NCBI GenBank assembly: GCA_963826535.1
Contig: CAWGXL010000011.1
Span: 809 to 64,808, forward strand
DNA: 64,000 bases
Origin: an uncultured bacterium
Lineage (GTDB): Bacteria; Patescibacteriota; Microgenomatia; Levybacterales; UBA12049
Reading direction: 5' to 3'
Shown: positions 1 through 10,604 of the stretch, one piece after another
Position numbering within the stretch: position 1 is the stretch's first letter
Layout: each line of letters begins with the position of its first letter
Program-made: the position numbers and the translations under genes
Notes under the pieces: model-generated
Databases searched by the model: none
Told to the model about the DNA's origin: nothing
What the model saw: only the letters and a program-made list of their open reading frames with translations

Positions 1-1673
1 TAATCGCGTATTTACATGCGCTGAGTAATTTTGAAGATACTTCTTCATTATATCGAGTCATAACTTTGCCGATTTTTAATATAGAAGCCCGCGATGTTGC
101 AGCACTTTTGAATTTTGCCAAAAGAAAAAATTTATCTCTTTTTGAAGCAATGGAGCAGGTTTCCGACTCCGGCCTAACTGACGAGGGACGTGGAAAAGTA
201 ACGCGAATTACAGAAATGATGAAACGGCATTTGGCAAAAATCCCCCGCGAGACAGCAGGGCAGATTCTTTATTATTTTTTCGAAGACTGCGGTCTATTGG
301 GGCATTATCTTGATCCGGGAAGCAAGCGCACTGAAAGAGAAGCACAAAACATTGCCAAATTTTTTGATAAACTTCAGTCATATGCCGCAACACATACAGA
401 CGCTTCGGTATTTGCAGTGGTGGATTGGATAGACCTGTCAATGGAGCTGGGAGAAAGCCCGCTTTCTGCGGAAATAGATTGGACACGCAATAATGCCGTC
501 AATATTTTAACTATTCACTCAAGTAAAGGGCTTGAATTTCCTTTTGTTTTTGTTGTTAATTTGGTGACACAGCGATTTCCCAGTCGCGACAGAAAAGAAC
601 AAATTCCGGTTCCAACAGATATAATTCGCGAAATTCTTCCAACAGGCGACGAAAACCTTCAAGAAGAAAGGCGTCTCTTCTATGTTGCGATTACCCGGGC
701 AAAAGACAAACTAATTTTGACTGCTTCCCGTTATTATGGTGAGGCTAGACGAGAGAGAAAAATTTCTCCTTTTGTAATTGAAACATTGGGAGAAGAAAAG
801 GTTGCCGGCATTTTACAAAAGCAGACTATCGCACCTGCAGGCCAACAGCTCACTCTTCTTGATTTTTTCAATGCAAATATGCCCGCAACTAAAGAGGAAA
901 AAAAGGACAATAATGAGCCGGCAAAGTTAAATATATCCTATATCTCCTACTCACAATTGCAAACTTTTTTAATGTGCCCAATGCACTATAAACTACGTTA
1001 TATTCTCAATATGCCATCTGCACCATCACCGGCGCTAAGTTATGGGATAAGCGTACACAGTACGCTTCGTGATTTTTTCCAGGCGATTTTACAAAAACAA
1101 GAAGTTAAACCAGAGTTGATGAAGGAAATTTTGAAAAATAATTGGATCAGTTTGGGTTATGCTGGTAAAACTCACGAGGAAAAATCATATAAGCAAGCGG
1201 AAGCAATGCTTGTTGGATTTGCCAAAACAAGTCTTGTTGAAAAACCGGATACGCTTGCTGTTGAATTGCCGTTTAATTTCTGGTTGAATAAAATAAAAAT
1301 TGGCGGGAGAATTGACCGGATCGACAGAATGTCTGATGGTAGAATTGAAATAATTGATTATAAGACTGGTCCGAATGTCCCAAGTGAGAAAAAGGTCAAA
1401 GAAGATTTTCAATTATCTTTTTATGCCATAGCTGCTACTGAGGTCCGGGATAATATTCTTAATAAAACTCCTGAGCAAATAGTTTTGACGCTAAATTATT
1501 TGGAGGCTAACAAAAAGCTCTCCACGACCCGGACAAAAGAAGAATTGGAACTGGCAAAAGAAAAAATTCTTTCACTGGTTGATGAGATATCGAGGAGTGA
1601 TTTTCGTTGCAGCGGGGGGATGTTTTGTAAAAATTGTGAATACAAAATGGTGTGCAAGACTTTTGGGAATTAA
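1..1673 (+). CDS. C-terminal part of a UvrD-family helicase fused to a RecB-family (AddB/Cas4-like) PD-(D/E)XK nuclease domain with a Cys4 Fe-S motif. Partial: the reading frame is open from window position 3.
   Basis: Frame 3 is open from the window edge and the track ORF uses a TTG at position 66. Helicase motif VI-like IHSSKGLEFPFVFV. Nuclease motifs GRIDRIDR and IIDYKTG. C-terminal C-x6-C-x2-C-x5-C cluster (CSGGMFCKNCEYKMVC). Confidence 0.75.
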   Translation, partial: IAYLHALSNFEDTSSLYRVITLPIFNIEARDVAALLNFAKRKNLSLFEAMEQVSDSGLTDEGRGKVTRITEMMKRHLAKIPRETAGQILYYFFEDCGLLGHYLDPGSKRTEREAQNIAKFFDKLQSYAATHTDASVFAVVDWIDLSMELGESPLSAEIDWTRNNAVNILTIHSSKGLEFPFVFVVNLVTQRFPSRDRKEQIPVPTDIIREILPTGDENLQEERRLFYVAITRAKDKLILTASRYYGEARRERKISPFVIETLGEEKVAGILQKQTIAPAGQQLTLLDFFNANMPATKEEKKDNNEPAKLNISYISYSQLQTFLMCPMHYKLRYILNMPSAPSPALSYGISVHSTLRDFFQAILQKQEVKPELMKEILKNNWISLGYAGKTHEEKSYKQAEAMLVGFAKTSLVEKPDTLAVELPFNFWLNKIKIGGRIDRIDRMSDGRIEIIDYKTGPNVPSEKKVKEDFQLSFYAIAATEVRDNILNKTPEQIVLTLNYLEANKKLSTTRTKEELELAKEKILSLVDEISRSDFRCSGGMFCKNCEYKMVCKTFGN

Positions 1674-2134
1674 ACATGGCTCTTTGGGCGTACAAATACC
1701 ACTTGCTCTCTTGGCTGCCTTTCGCGTCTATGTCGTTCACGAGGTGCTCCTGCTTTTATAATCGCAATTTCTTCTTCGGTTGTAAATATACGTTTCCCGC
1801 GAAGTACTTCATATAATGGATATTGCCATTGAATTTCAGTAGGCAATTCTTTCCAAATATCTGATTTAACTCTTTCAATTATTTGCCTTACTCTTACATC
1901 CGTCACGCCTTCGTCTTGTTTTAATGAGTTAATGGGCTCACCATTAAGAGCAAAACGTTCAAATAACCGCATACCCCGCTTCCAACCTTGCGCAGCCGCC
2001 TTATTCGTACTTTTTTTCCTCTCAAGCACTTCTATTATCCCCCTGTCAATGGCTAATTGAGCAAATTCCTTATCAAGCGGCCGTGCTGTGTTTATAGGTT
2101 CGTCTGGAATTGACCTTGATCTTCGTTCACTCAT
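1670..2134 (-). CDS. Hypothetical protein with a sigma-70 region-4-like helix-turn-helix segment.
   Basis: 154 aa ORF. The segment GVTDVRVRQIIERV resembles the sigma region 4.2 HTH. No other recognisable domain. Confidence 0.35.
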   Translation of the reverse strand: MSERRSRSIPDEPINTARPLDKEFAQLAIDRGIIEVLERKKSTNKAAAQGWKRGMRLFERFALNGEPINSLKQDEGVTDVRVRQIIERVKSDIWKELPTEIQWQYPLYEVLRGKRIFTTEEEIAIIKAGAPRERHRRERQPREQVVFVRPKSHV

Positions 2135-2274
2135 ATTGTGTGTGAGTATAGCACATACTACGGGGTAAATATAAGAAATGCATCCAATAAAGGAGATAAT
2201 TTTGTAAGGATTTTAGGACTTATTAAAGTTGTATGACTGCTATTAATTTGCTTTCAAGCTAAATTTTGGCTACA

Positions 2275-2650
2275 ATTGCGGTGATCCTAGGAAGAAGTAC
2301 CGCTAGTATGTTCAGTTACATGAACGTACAGGAAAGTCCAGACAGGAGTCGTGTCAGAATTGGAGTGTAAGCTCTGACGTGTACCCCGATTTTATCGGGA
2401 GAAGCGCTGGTCCTTCTCTTTTTTATCCGCATGTGGAAGAGAAGGCAGGTCTTGAATTAACAAGACTTGCGAGCAACAGAGACGAGCGGGTGTGAAACGG
2501 GCAATCCCTTCTGCTGCAACTTCCGAGCGATGCGTTACTACTTTACACGAAAGGAGCATCTAGGTTTGAAGGCAGTCGCCTTAGGCGACCTGAATGAGTA
2601 ATCATTCTAGAGACAAATTGCGGTTAATCCCCCGCTCAGCGGGGGGGAAA
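2275..2650 (+). ncRNA. Candidate structured non-coding RNA, possibly a reduced RNase P RNA (rnpB-like).
   Basis: A ~550 nt stretch with no credible ORF. Contains ACAGGAAAGTCCAGAC (the universal P4 GGAAAGUCC motif) at ~2330. Contains GCAACAGAGACGAGCGGGTGTGAAACGGG (resembling the J11/12 ACAGARA motif plus GGGUGAAA) at ~2474. Several local hairpins, ending with the GC hairpin at 2631-2649. I could not trace a P4 3-prime strand, so the assignment is tentative. Confidence 0.3.
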
Positions 2651-2683
2651 CAGAATCTGGCTTATTACCTTCCTAGGATCAAT

Positions 2684-2956
2684 TTACCTTACCGCTTTTT
2701 TTAATGTTTTACCTGGTGTAAATCCAGGCGCTTTGCGAGCAGCAAGTGTAATTTTTTCACCTGTTTTGGGATTCCGTCCTACACGCTGTTGTCTACTTCT
2801 AATACTGAAAGTGCCGAATCCGGTTAAGACAACTTTTTCACCGCGTTTTAAAGAATCGCGAATGGTATTTAAGGTTGTTTGAACTGCATCACGCGCAGCT
2901 TTATTCGTGAGACTTGCCTTCTTTGCTACTATTTCAATGAGGTCTTTTTTGGTCAT
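2684..2956 (-). CDS. hup: DNA-binding protein HU (HU/IHF family).
   Basis: 90 aa. Typical HU sequence (MTKKDLIEIVAKK...GFGTFSIRSRQQRVGRNPKTGEKI). AGGAGGTG Shine-Dalgarno upstream. Confidence 0.9.
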   Translation of the reverse strand: MTKKDLIEIVAKKASLTNKAARDAVQTTLNTIRDSLKRGEKVVLTGFGTFSIRSRQQRVGRNPKTGEKITLAARKAPGFTPGKTLKKAVR

Positions 2957-3013
2957 ACATCACCTCCTTCCCACCAATAAATTTATAATAAGTTTATAAA
3001 GTAAGTTGGATTA

Positions 3014-3042
3014 ACAATACAATTAAAACTAATAGATGTCAA
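3014..3042 (-). promoter_or_regulatory. Sigma-70-like promoter for hup.
   Basis: Reverse strand reads TTGACA, a 17 nt spacer, then TATTGT, about 50 nt upstream of the hup ATG. Confidence 0.4.
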
Positions 3043-3085
3043 GAGGTTTTTTTAACGGGGTGGTTGTATTCATAAAAGCTGGGGA

Positions 3086-3113
3086 TTGACAGTAACAATA
3101 AAAGGTCTATAAT
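3086..3113 (+). promoter_or_regulatory. Strong sigma-70-like promoter, probably rrn P1, about 210 nt upstream of the 16S gene.
   Basis: TTGACA (3086-3091), a 16 nt spacer, then TATAAT (3108-3113). Confidence 0.5.
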
Positions 3114-3158
3114 CAAAACACTGATATGTAAAGTAGCGCCAAAGCTTGTATATTCATA

Positions 3159-3183
3159 CCTCGCTTTAGGCGGGGTTTTTTTA
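3159..3183 (+). terminator. Intrinsic-terminator-like hairpin with a T-run, lying between the P1 promoter and the 16S gene.
   Basis: CCTCGC-TTTA-GGCGGGG stem followed by eight T residues. Confidence 0.4.
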
Positions 3184-3321
3184 TCTTTATATGTCTTGCA
3201 CTTTGACAATCAAGATGTGGTAGGAATTTTTTTCGGATTATTCCTAAACCCCCGCTCAGCGGGGGCTAAAAAAGAAATCCGAAATCCGGGTTAATGATCC
3301 GTAGTAGACGGGTCATTAATT

Positions 3322-4927
<1,606 letters not shown>

Positions 4928-5159
4928 CTTTTTTTTCTGCTAAGTCCCGTACCATCCGGTACAGGATTACGCAAATGTTAAAAGGAAAGGGGAAGACAGG
5001 AAACTTGTTTAGATTCCGACGTTACGTCGGAAGGTAAACAGGGGGAATGTATACACCAAGCGGAGTGAATAGCGCTTGTTCTTATCCGTTATACTGAGGA
5101 TAAGAGAATTCTATTCTCGCCTTCCTACCACATCTAGATTGTCAAGCACAGCTTGATTT

Positions 5160-5216
5160 AACCCCGCTCACCCAGCTCAGCTGGGTTCAAGTTAGCTCAG
5201 CTTACTCAGCGGGGTT
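5160..5216 (+). terminator. Compound GC-rich hairpin followed by a T-rich tract, downstream of the 16S gene. Probable processing stem or terminator.
   Basis: CCCCGCTCA...CCCAGCTCAGCTGGG...TCAGCGGGG followed by TTGTTTAAAGTTT. No 23S gene or tRNA follows; galU comes next. Confidence 0.4.
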
Positions 5217-5322
5217 GTTTAAAGTTTGATATAATACAAAATAATATGGCTTTCTCCTGCACAAATAAGTTCATTCTTAATGGAGAGAGCTATTTTTTTA
5301 GAGTCATATAAAGAAATAAAAT

Positions 5323-6219
5323 ATGCACAAAAAAATACGTAAAGCTGTCATTCCCGCAGCGGGATTCGGGACCAGATTTTTACCTCAAACTAAGGCGATG
5401 CCAAAAGAGATGCTTCCTATTGTTGATAAACCGATTATCCAATATATTGTTGAGGAATTAGTGAATGCAGGCATTGAAGATATAGTTATTGTTACCGGGT
5501 ATCATAAAAGAACCATTGAGGATCATTTTGACAGGCCTAGCATGGAACTTATAGAAAACTTGCGTATGGGGGGGGAATCAAAATTGCCGCTTTTGGCTGA
5601 AATTGAGCGGATCTCGGAGATGGCAAATTTTTTCTATGTAAGACAGAAGGGCCCGTATGGAAATGGGTCCCCTCTTCTGAATGTGCGGAAAATTATTGGA
5701 GATGAGCCTTTTATTTATACATGGAGCGATGACTTTATTAAGGCAGCGCCGAAATCCCGCTTCCAGCAACTCTTAGAAGTTTACGGAGAGTTCGGCTGCT
5801 CGGTTCTTGCCAGTGTGAGAGCGCGATCCGCAGGAGATTATGACCGATATGGATTTGCCGGAGGAAATGAAATCAAACCCGGTCTTATTGAAGTAAAGAC
5901 ACTTATTGAGAAGCCTGGCAAGAAGAACGCACCATCTCAGCTTGCAACTGTTAGCGGATCTATTTTTACACCGGATATTTTTGAGTACCTTGATCAAACG
6001 ATTATTAACCTGGCTGAGGGGGCTGAGCTTTACTATAATGATGTCTTGAAATTAATGTTGAGTGACGGAAAGCGGATATTGGCGGCTGAAATAAAAGGCG
6101 GGAAATATTACGATACCGGTAATAAGCTTGAGTATTTGAAAACAGTGATTGAGTTTGCGCTGGAGCATGAAGAATTTAACGGAGAATTCCGTGAGTACCT
6201 CAGGAAGTTGAAGATTTGA
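5323..6219 (+). CDS. galU: UTP--glucose-1-phosphate uridylyltransferase.
   Basis: N-terminal KAVIPAAGFGTRFLPQTKAMPKEMLPIVDKP nucleotidyltransferase signature. 298 aa. Confidence 0.9.
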   Translation: MHKKIRKAVIPAAGFGTRFLPQTKAMPKEMLPIVDKPIIQYIVEELVNAGIEDIVIVTGYHKRTIEDHFDRPSMELIENLRMGGESKLPLLAEIERISEMANFFYVRQKGPYGNGSPLLNVRKIIGDEPFIYTWSDDFIKAAPKSRFQQLLEVYGEFGCSVLASVRARSAGDYDRYGFAGGNEIKPGLIEVKTLIEKPGKKNAPSQLATVSGSIFTPDIFEYLDQTIINLAEGAELYYNDVLKLMLSDGKRILAAEIKGGKYYDTGNKLEYLKTVIEFALEHEEFNGEFREYLRKLKI

Positions 6220-6280
6220 TAATAGATAGATGCGGGTTTAAAGCTTTTCTTTTGTAATTACTTCATGTATATCCCATACA

Positions 6281-7633
6281 TCATTTTTTTGATGATTCTG
6301 TCCATTCATTAAGTTCACGCTTTGACTTCTCTAAATAATAATTCGCTTCATCTTTTTTTCCATTACGTAACAACCAATGACCAAATGCATTTTCTAATAT
6401 AAAATTTTCCTCAACTTTCAAATCATGCGTATAAAGCGTATATGTATCTTTCCAGTCAGGTACTCTGGCCCTTGTCCTTAATGATAAAGGGATAACAATC
6501 ACTAACCATAATATAAATATAAATACTAAATATCTTTTTTTCGATATATTTAACAATGCAAAGGTAACTCCTATCAGGCCAAGCAGTCCAACAAAAGGGA
6601 AATAAAACCACCTATCAGCAACAATCTGATCCAAGCTTAAAAATATATTCAAATGGAATAACATACCACTAACTAACCAGATTGTAAAAAATATGAAAGG
6701 CACGAAAAGGCTTCTTTTTTTCCAACATGCGAATCCTAAAAACAATATAGCGGCTGTGACTAAAAGATCAACAATTAAAGGGATATAAAAGTTGCTAAAA
6801 GTAATATCATTGATAATCCATAAATGTGAAAATGATAAATCTTTGGGATAGAATAAGGTTTTAATATAGAAAAAAATGATCGATGGTAATGTGTTTAGAA
6901 TTTGACCTGCATTCGAAATCGCATGAATATTAAAATGAGTATTTGAAGTCAACGGAAAAATCATCCTAAGCGCGACGTATGTAACTATAATTGCAGTAAC
7001 TGAGATCGAAAATCGTATAAATTGAGATCCCCTATTTTTTTGTGGCTTGAATAATATGATTAAAAAAATAGGTACAAAAAAAAGGAATCCTGTTTCTTTT
7101 GAAAGTATTGATAGGAATAAAAGAACAGAGGAAAGTATAGTACCGGTTTTGTTATTTTTATAAATAGTAATGAATAGTGCCAACATGCCAAAAAAGAAAA
7201 ATAGCACTTCTTGTATATCCGCTATGGGTACTGCGATTTCTGCATTAATCGGATGGACAAGAAAGAGAACGGCCAGAAGCAATGCTAATAAATTATTAAA
7301 GAATATTCGCAACAGCAGGTAAACCAAATAGGCATTTATAAAATAAAATGTCAGATGAAATAGGTGCAGGAAAAAAGCCTTTAAACCGAAAGTTGAGATA
7401 ATAATTGTGTAAACAGTGAGCAAGATCGGTCTATAATATTGTCCTTCTAATTCGCGTGTTGAAGTATTGTAAAAAGAGCTACCTTGGAAAAAGAGGGGAA
7501 TGTTGGTTATCGAATGAACCAGGGGATTTTTTTCAATTATGTATTCATCGTCACCTGCAAATCCGTTAAAAACAACATTGAAGTAAATTATAATTCCCAG
7601 GGTAGCAATGATGATAAATGCGACTGTTTTCAA
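6281..7633 (-). CDS. GT-C superfamily membrane glycosyltransferase (PMT/ArnT-like) with a short C-terminal soluble tail.
   Basis: Polytopic membrane protein. GFAGDDEYII motif in the first loop. Confidence 0.5.
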   Translation of the reverse strand: MKTVAFIIIATLGIIIYFNVVFNGFAGDDEYIIEKNPLVHSITNIPLFFQGSSFYNTSTRELEGQYYRPILLTVYTIIISTFGLKAFFLHLFHLTFYFINAYLVYLLLRIFFNNLLALLLAVLFLVHPINAEIAVPIADIQEVLFFFFGMLALFITIYKNNKTGTILSSVLLFLSILSKETGFLFFVPIFLIILFKPQKNRGSQFIRFSISVTAIIVTYVALRMIFPLTSNTHFNIHAISNAGQILNTLPSIIFFYIKTLFYPKDLSFSHLWIINDITFSNFYIPLIVDLLVTAAILFLGFACWKKRSLFVPFIFFTIWLVSGMLFHLNIFLSLDQIVADRWFYFPFVGLLGLIGVTFALLNISKKRYLVFIFILWLVIVIPLSLRTRARVPDWKDTYTLYTHDLKVEENFILENAFGHWLLRNGKKDEANYYLEKSKRELNEWTESSKK

Positions 7634-7770
7634 CTTAAAAGAATTATACCAAAAAGAATTAGAATTATATTTGCATACAATATAGTCAATGCAAGTAGTT
7701 AGTGCTAAACAGTGTCAAATAATATGTAATTCCGGGTGATATAAGAAGCTGAAGATTGTATAATAGATAA

Positions 7771-8439
7771 ATGGCTAGAAAAATAAACCTGTTTTGGTTT
7801 GGGTTATTTATATTTACTCTTTTTGTTTTTTTCTCCTATATGGTTCATGAAAATCTATTTACTCAATTAGATTTTGATTTGACTGTCCGGCTACAGGACA
7901 ATATCAGTATAAGGGTAGATAATATTTTTTCGACTTTTAGCGATATCGGTAATTTTGAGATCATATTCATACTGCTCATAATACTTTTTGTATCGATACG
8001 AAAATTTATTGCCGGTTTTACCGCTTTAATCTTTTTTCTTGGATTCCATGTCATTGAGTTATTTGGGAAATTTTTTGTGGACCATCCTCCTCCACCTCAG
8101 TTTTTACTTCGTACACAGACTATTCTTGATTTTCCACAGTTTCATGTTCGGTCAGATAATTCATACCCGTCAGGTCATGCCGGACGGACAATGTTTATCT
8201 CAATAATTTTACTCATCTTGATTTGGAGATCTAAAATATTTAATTACCCTATGAAATTATTTTTGTCAGGGCTTATAGTGGGATTTGATTTAATAATGTT
8301 AATCTCCCGAGTTTACTTAGGTGAACATTGGGCAACCGATGTTATCGGCGGCGCGTTATTGGGGATTTCATTGGGCTTGATAAGTATGGCGCTGTTCGGA
8401 AAGCAAAGTAAAAAATTAAAAACTAAGTTGAATGTTTAA
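7771..8439 (+). CDS. PAP2-family phosphatase (undecaprenyl-diphosphatase-like).
   Basis: PAP2 motifs: PSGH (SYPSGHAGR) and SRxxxxxHxxxD (SRVYLGEHWATD). Multiple transmembrane segments. Confidence 0.8.
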   Translation: MARKINLFWFGLFIFTLFVFFSYMVHENLFTQLDFDLTVRLQDNISIRVDNIFSTFSDIGNFEIIFILLIILFVSIRKFIAGFTALIFFLGFHVIELFGKFFVDHPPPPQFLLRTQTILDFPQFHVRSDNSYPSGHAGRTMFISIILLILIWRSKIFNYPMKLFLSGLIVGFDLIMLISRVYLGEHWATDVIGGALLGISLGLISMALFGKQSKKLKTKLNV

Positions 8440-9292
8440 AGCTTGCAATCATATGGTCGAGGATTGACTTATTACTTTCTCCGGTTGAAATAATTAGAGT
8501 GCTTCCATCTATTTCTATGTAAGTTCCTATTTCTCCTTCTACAAAAGGATCCGGCGGATCGGAGGTTGTCCGGAATTCAAAAGCGCGAAGTTCATTTATT
8601 TTAAAATTCCTTATTTTAGTAAATTGCTGTGGAGAACTTGCATCACTTGTCATGCTTTGTGTGCTCGAAGCAGCAAGTGTATAATACTGGTCGAAGTCTT
8701 GACCGATTAGCTTACCGATGGCTTTGGGGTAGATAAGTATTTGGTAATCCGGGGTAACTTCCGGGTCGGGGCTAGTATTGCCGGTAAGTGAAATTTCTGT
8801 GACACCCAGTCCATGAGATTTCTCATTTATAATGAGCACGGATGGATAGCTCAAGGAAAAATTAAGAGAGGAATTGTTATAGGTATTCCAGTTTTGAGGA
8901 AGTGGAGGTACAGTGGGTGAGGGTTGAATTGGAGGCTGGCTGGATAAGATATTTGTTGGTGTCAGGGTAATTTGTACAAGAGTAATTTTTGGGATCGGTA
9001 ATTTTTCGGCAAGTTTTAAGACTAGAGGATTATCTAATGGAGAATCTTGTTTACTGATTTTTGTAAAGTTTTTCTGTTGAAAGAAAAGCAGTAATCCTCC
9101 ACCTACTGCAAAAATTAAAAATAGTGTGATTAAAATAATAATGAATTTAAGATAGCTATGTCTCTTGGCAGGATGTGATTCTTCAATTGGCCGGTCAACC
9201 GGCTTTGGTTTTGCTTCTATTTCTGAAATTGTTAATTTTTTATCAGGGGATTGCATATAAATCAGTATTCCATGGATGTACGATGGTGTCAA
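8423..9292 (-). CDS. Hypothetical membrane-anchored, Pro-rich protein.
   Basis: Single N-terminal TM segment. The SQPPIQPSPTVPPLPQ stretch is a Pro-rich linker. No recognisable domain. Confidence 0.35.
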   Translation of the reverse strand: MTPSYIHGILIYMQSPDKKLTISEIEAKPKPVDRPIEESHPAKRHSYLKFIIILITLFLIFAVGGGLLLFFQQKNFTKISKQDSPLDNPLVLKLAEKLPIPKITLVQITLTPTNILSSQPPIQPSPTVPPLPQNWNTYNNSSLNFSLSYPSVLIINEKSHGLGVTEISLTGNTSPDPEVTPDYQILIYPKAIGKLIGQDFDQYYTLAASSTQSMTSDASSPQQFTKIRNFKINELRAFEFRTTSDPPDPFVEGEIGTYIEIDGSTLIISTGESNKSILDHMIASFKHST

Positions 9293-9334
9293 GCAATTTT
9301 GATTTTATATCGCGAATTTGGTACTATCCAGCTT

Positions 9335-9928
9335 ATGGAACGAGAACAAGCTTCTAAGAGACATAATAAAACACTAATACCTGAAGGTCAAAGTAAACAG
9401 ACTCCAGAAGAAATAATTAGAGAGTTTAATAAAAATCGAATTGCGATGAAATACGTAGTTAAGGGGAGGGATTTTGTTAGAAAATATGAATTAGGTCCTA
9501 AATTAGAACTTATGACAGATGAAGTTGAGTATGTTAGTTGTCTTGTTGGCCATATATACATTAAAGATCAGCTTATGAAAATGCAGAATCTTAAGAGAGA
9601 GAATCACTGGCTCTTTGGAACGCCTTTTTCTAAATTGACAGAAAAAACGCTTAAGAATATACAAGATGCAGCAGATGTTTATGAAAAATTTATGGAGCTA
9701 GCACGGGAGGAGCGTAAAAGCAGTGGGAAAGAACTTATCCTTGAGATTGATCCTGACATTCATGATATAGTAACACATGGGCTGAGTAAAGCCAGACAAG
9801 AGTTGCTTAAAAAAGGATTAAACCCCAACTTAACAAGAACAACTATTTATATTCTCCCCAATCTGCTTGATTGGCGATTAAAATCGTGTGTTAGTAAACT
9901 TCAAAGAAAAGAAACAACGGATTCCTGA
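9335..9928 (+). CDS. Hypothetical protein.
   Basis: ORF 9251..9928. The start was moved to the internal Met (MEREQASK) to avoid overlap with the upstream minus-strand gene. No recognisable domain. Confidence 0.3.
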   Translation: MEREQASKRHNKTLIPEGQSKQTPEEIIREFNKNRIAMKYVVKGRDFVRKYELGPKLELMTDEVEYVSCLVGHIYIKDQLMKMQNLKRENHWLFGTPFSKLTEKTLKNIQDAADVYEKFMELAREERKSSGKELILEIDPDIHDIVTHGLSKARQELLKKGLNPNLTRTTIYILPNLLDWRLKSCVSKLQRKETTDS

Positions 9929-9995
9929 AAAAAACCCTTTACACTTAGAGGAACCTACAGAGACATTCACAGCATAGAGTGAATGATTATGAGTA

Positions 9996-10376
9996 TTAAT
10001 CTCTTTTTAAATTCTTTGACTTCTTGTCATAATTTCGCGTAAAGAGAAATTCCACAGTCAAAAAAAGGGCAATTAGCAGGAAAAGGAAGAGCGGGTCGGT
10101 TAGATTATTCAGACGAAATATGAGATAGGAAATTGCAAAAAAGGCGATAAAAAATCCGTGCTTTTTGCTTTTTAAGATGAATGCTCCTGTGAAGTAAAGA
10201 AAGAAAAAGAGAGAGATGAAGAATAGATAGAGAATTGATATATGATATTTATAGATTAGTAACTGATATGTGGGTGGGAAATAAAAAATCAAGAAACAGG
10301 TGGTAAAAAACAATATTAAAACAAAGAGGATGTGTTTTAAAGAAAGACTTCTTCTGTATAAGTGTTTTAGCTTCAT
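9996..10376 (-). CDS. Hypothetical small integral membrane protein.
   Basis: 126 aa with three hydrophobic segments. Confidence 0.3.
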   Translation of the reverse strand: MKLKHLYRRSLSLKHILFVLILFFTTCFLIFYFPPTYQLLIYKYHISILYLFFISLFFFLYFTGAFILKSKKHGFFIAFFAISYLIFRLNNLTDPLFLFLLIALFLTVEFLFTRNYDKKSKNLKRD

Positions 10377-10493
10377 ACAATGTACATTTCATCTTATTAT
10401 ACTATTTATTTTTTAGGGATGCGGTTAACAGGTTACAGCTTGTTATGAGCCAACCACCTGCTCATAATTTATATTATAACCCCATTTTCCCAT

Positions 10494-10531
10494 CTTGACA
10501 CTTTTTGGCACTCGTGTTATATTATTGCTAA
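10494..10531 (+). promoter_or_regulatory. Sigma-70-like promoter overlapped by a CIRCE-like inverted repeat (HrcA operator) upstream of hrcA.
   Basis: TTGACA (10494-10499), a 17 nt spacer, then TATATT. The inverted repeat TTGGCACTC-N9-TATTGCTAA at 10505-10531 should be compared with CIRCE (TTAGCACTC-N9-GAGTGCTAA). Confidence 0.45.
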
Positions 10532-10604
10532 CCACGTAACAACACTTACTTGCTCGCATGGTCTACGTCCATGCCTTCCAAGAGCGTGTGTACATGGTAA
10601 ACAT

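Noticed and set aside
2135-2683. tmRNA or SRP RNA as the identity of the structured intergenic region.
   Set aside because: There is no tRNA-like T-arm or CCA-adjacent acceptor, no tag-peptide reading frame ending ALAA-stop, and no SRP domain IV AGGNCCGGAAGG-type motif. Only RNase P-like motifs were seen.
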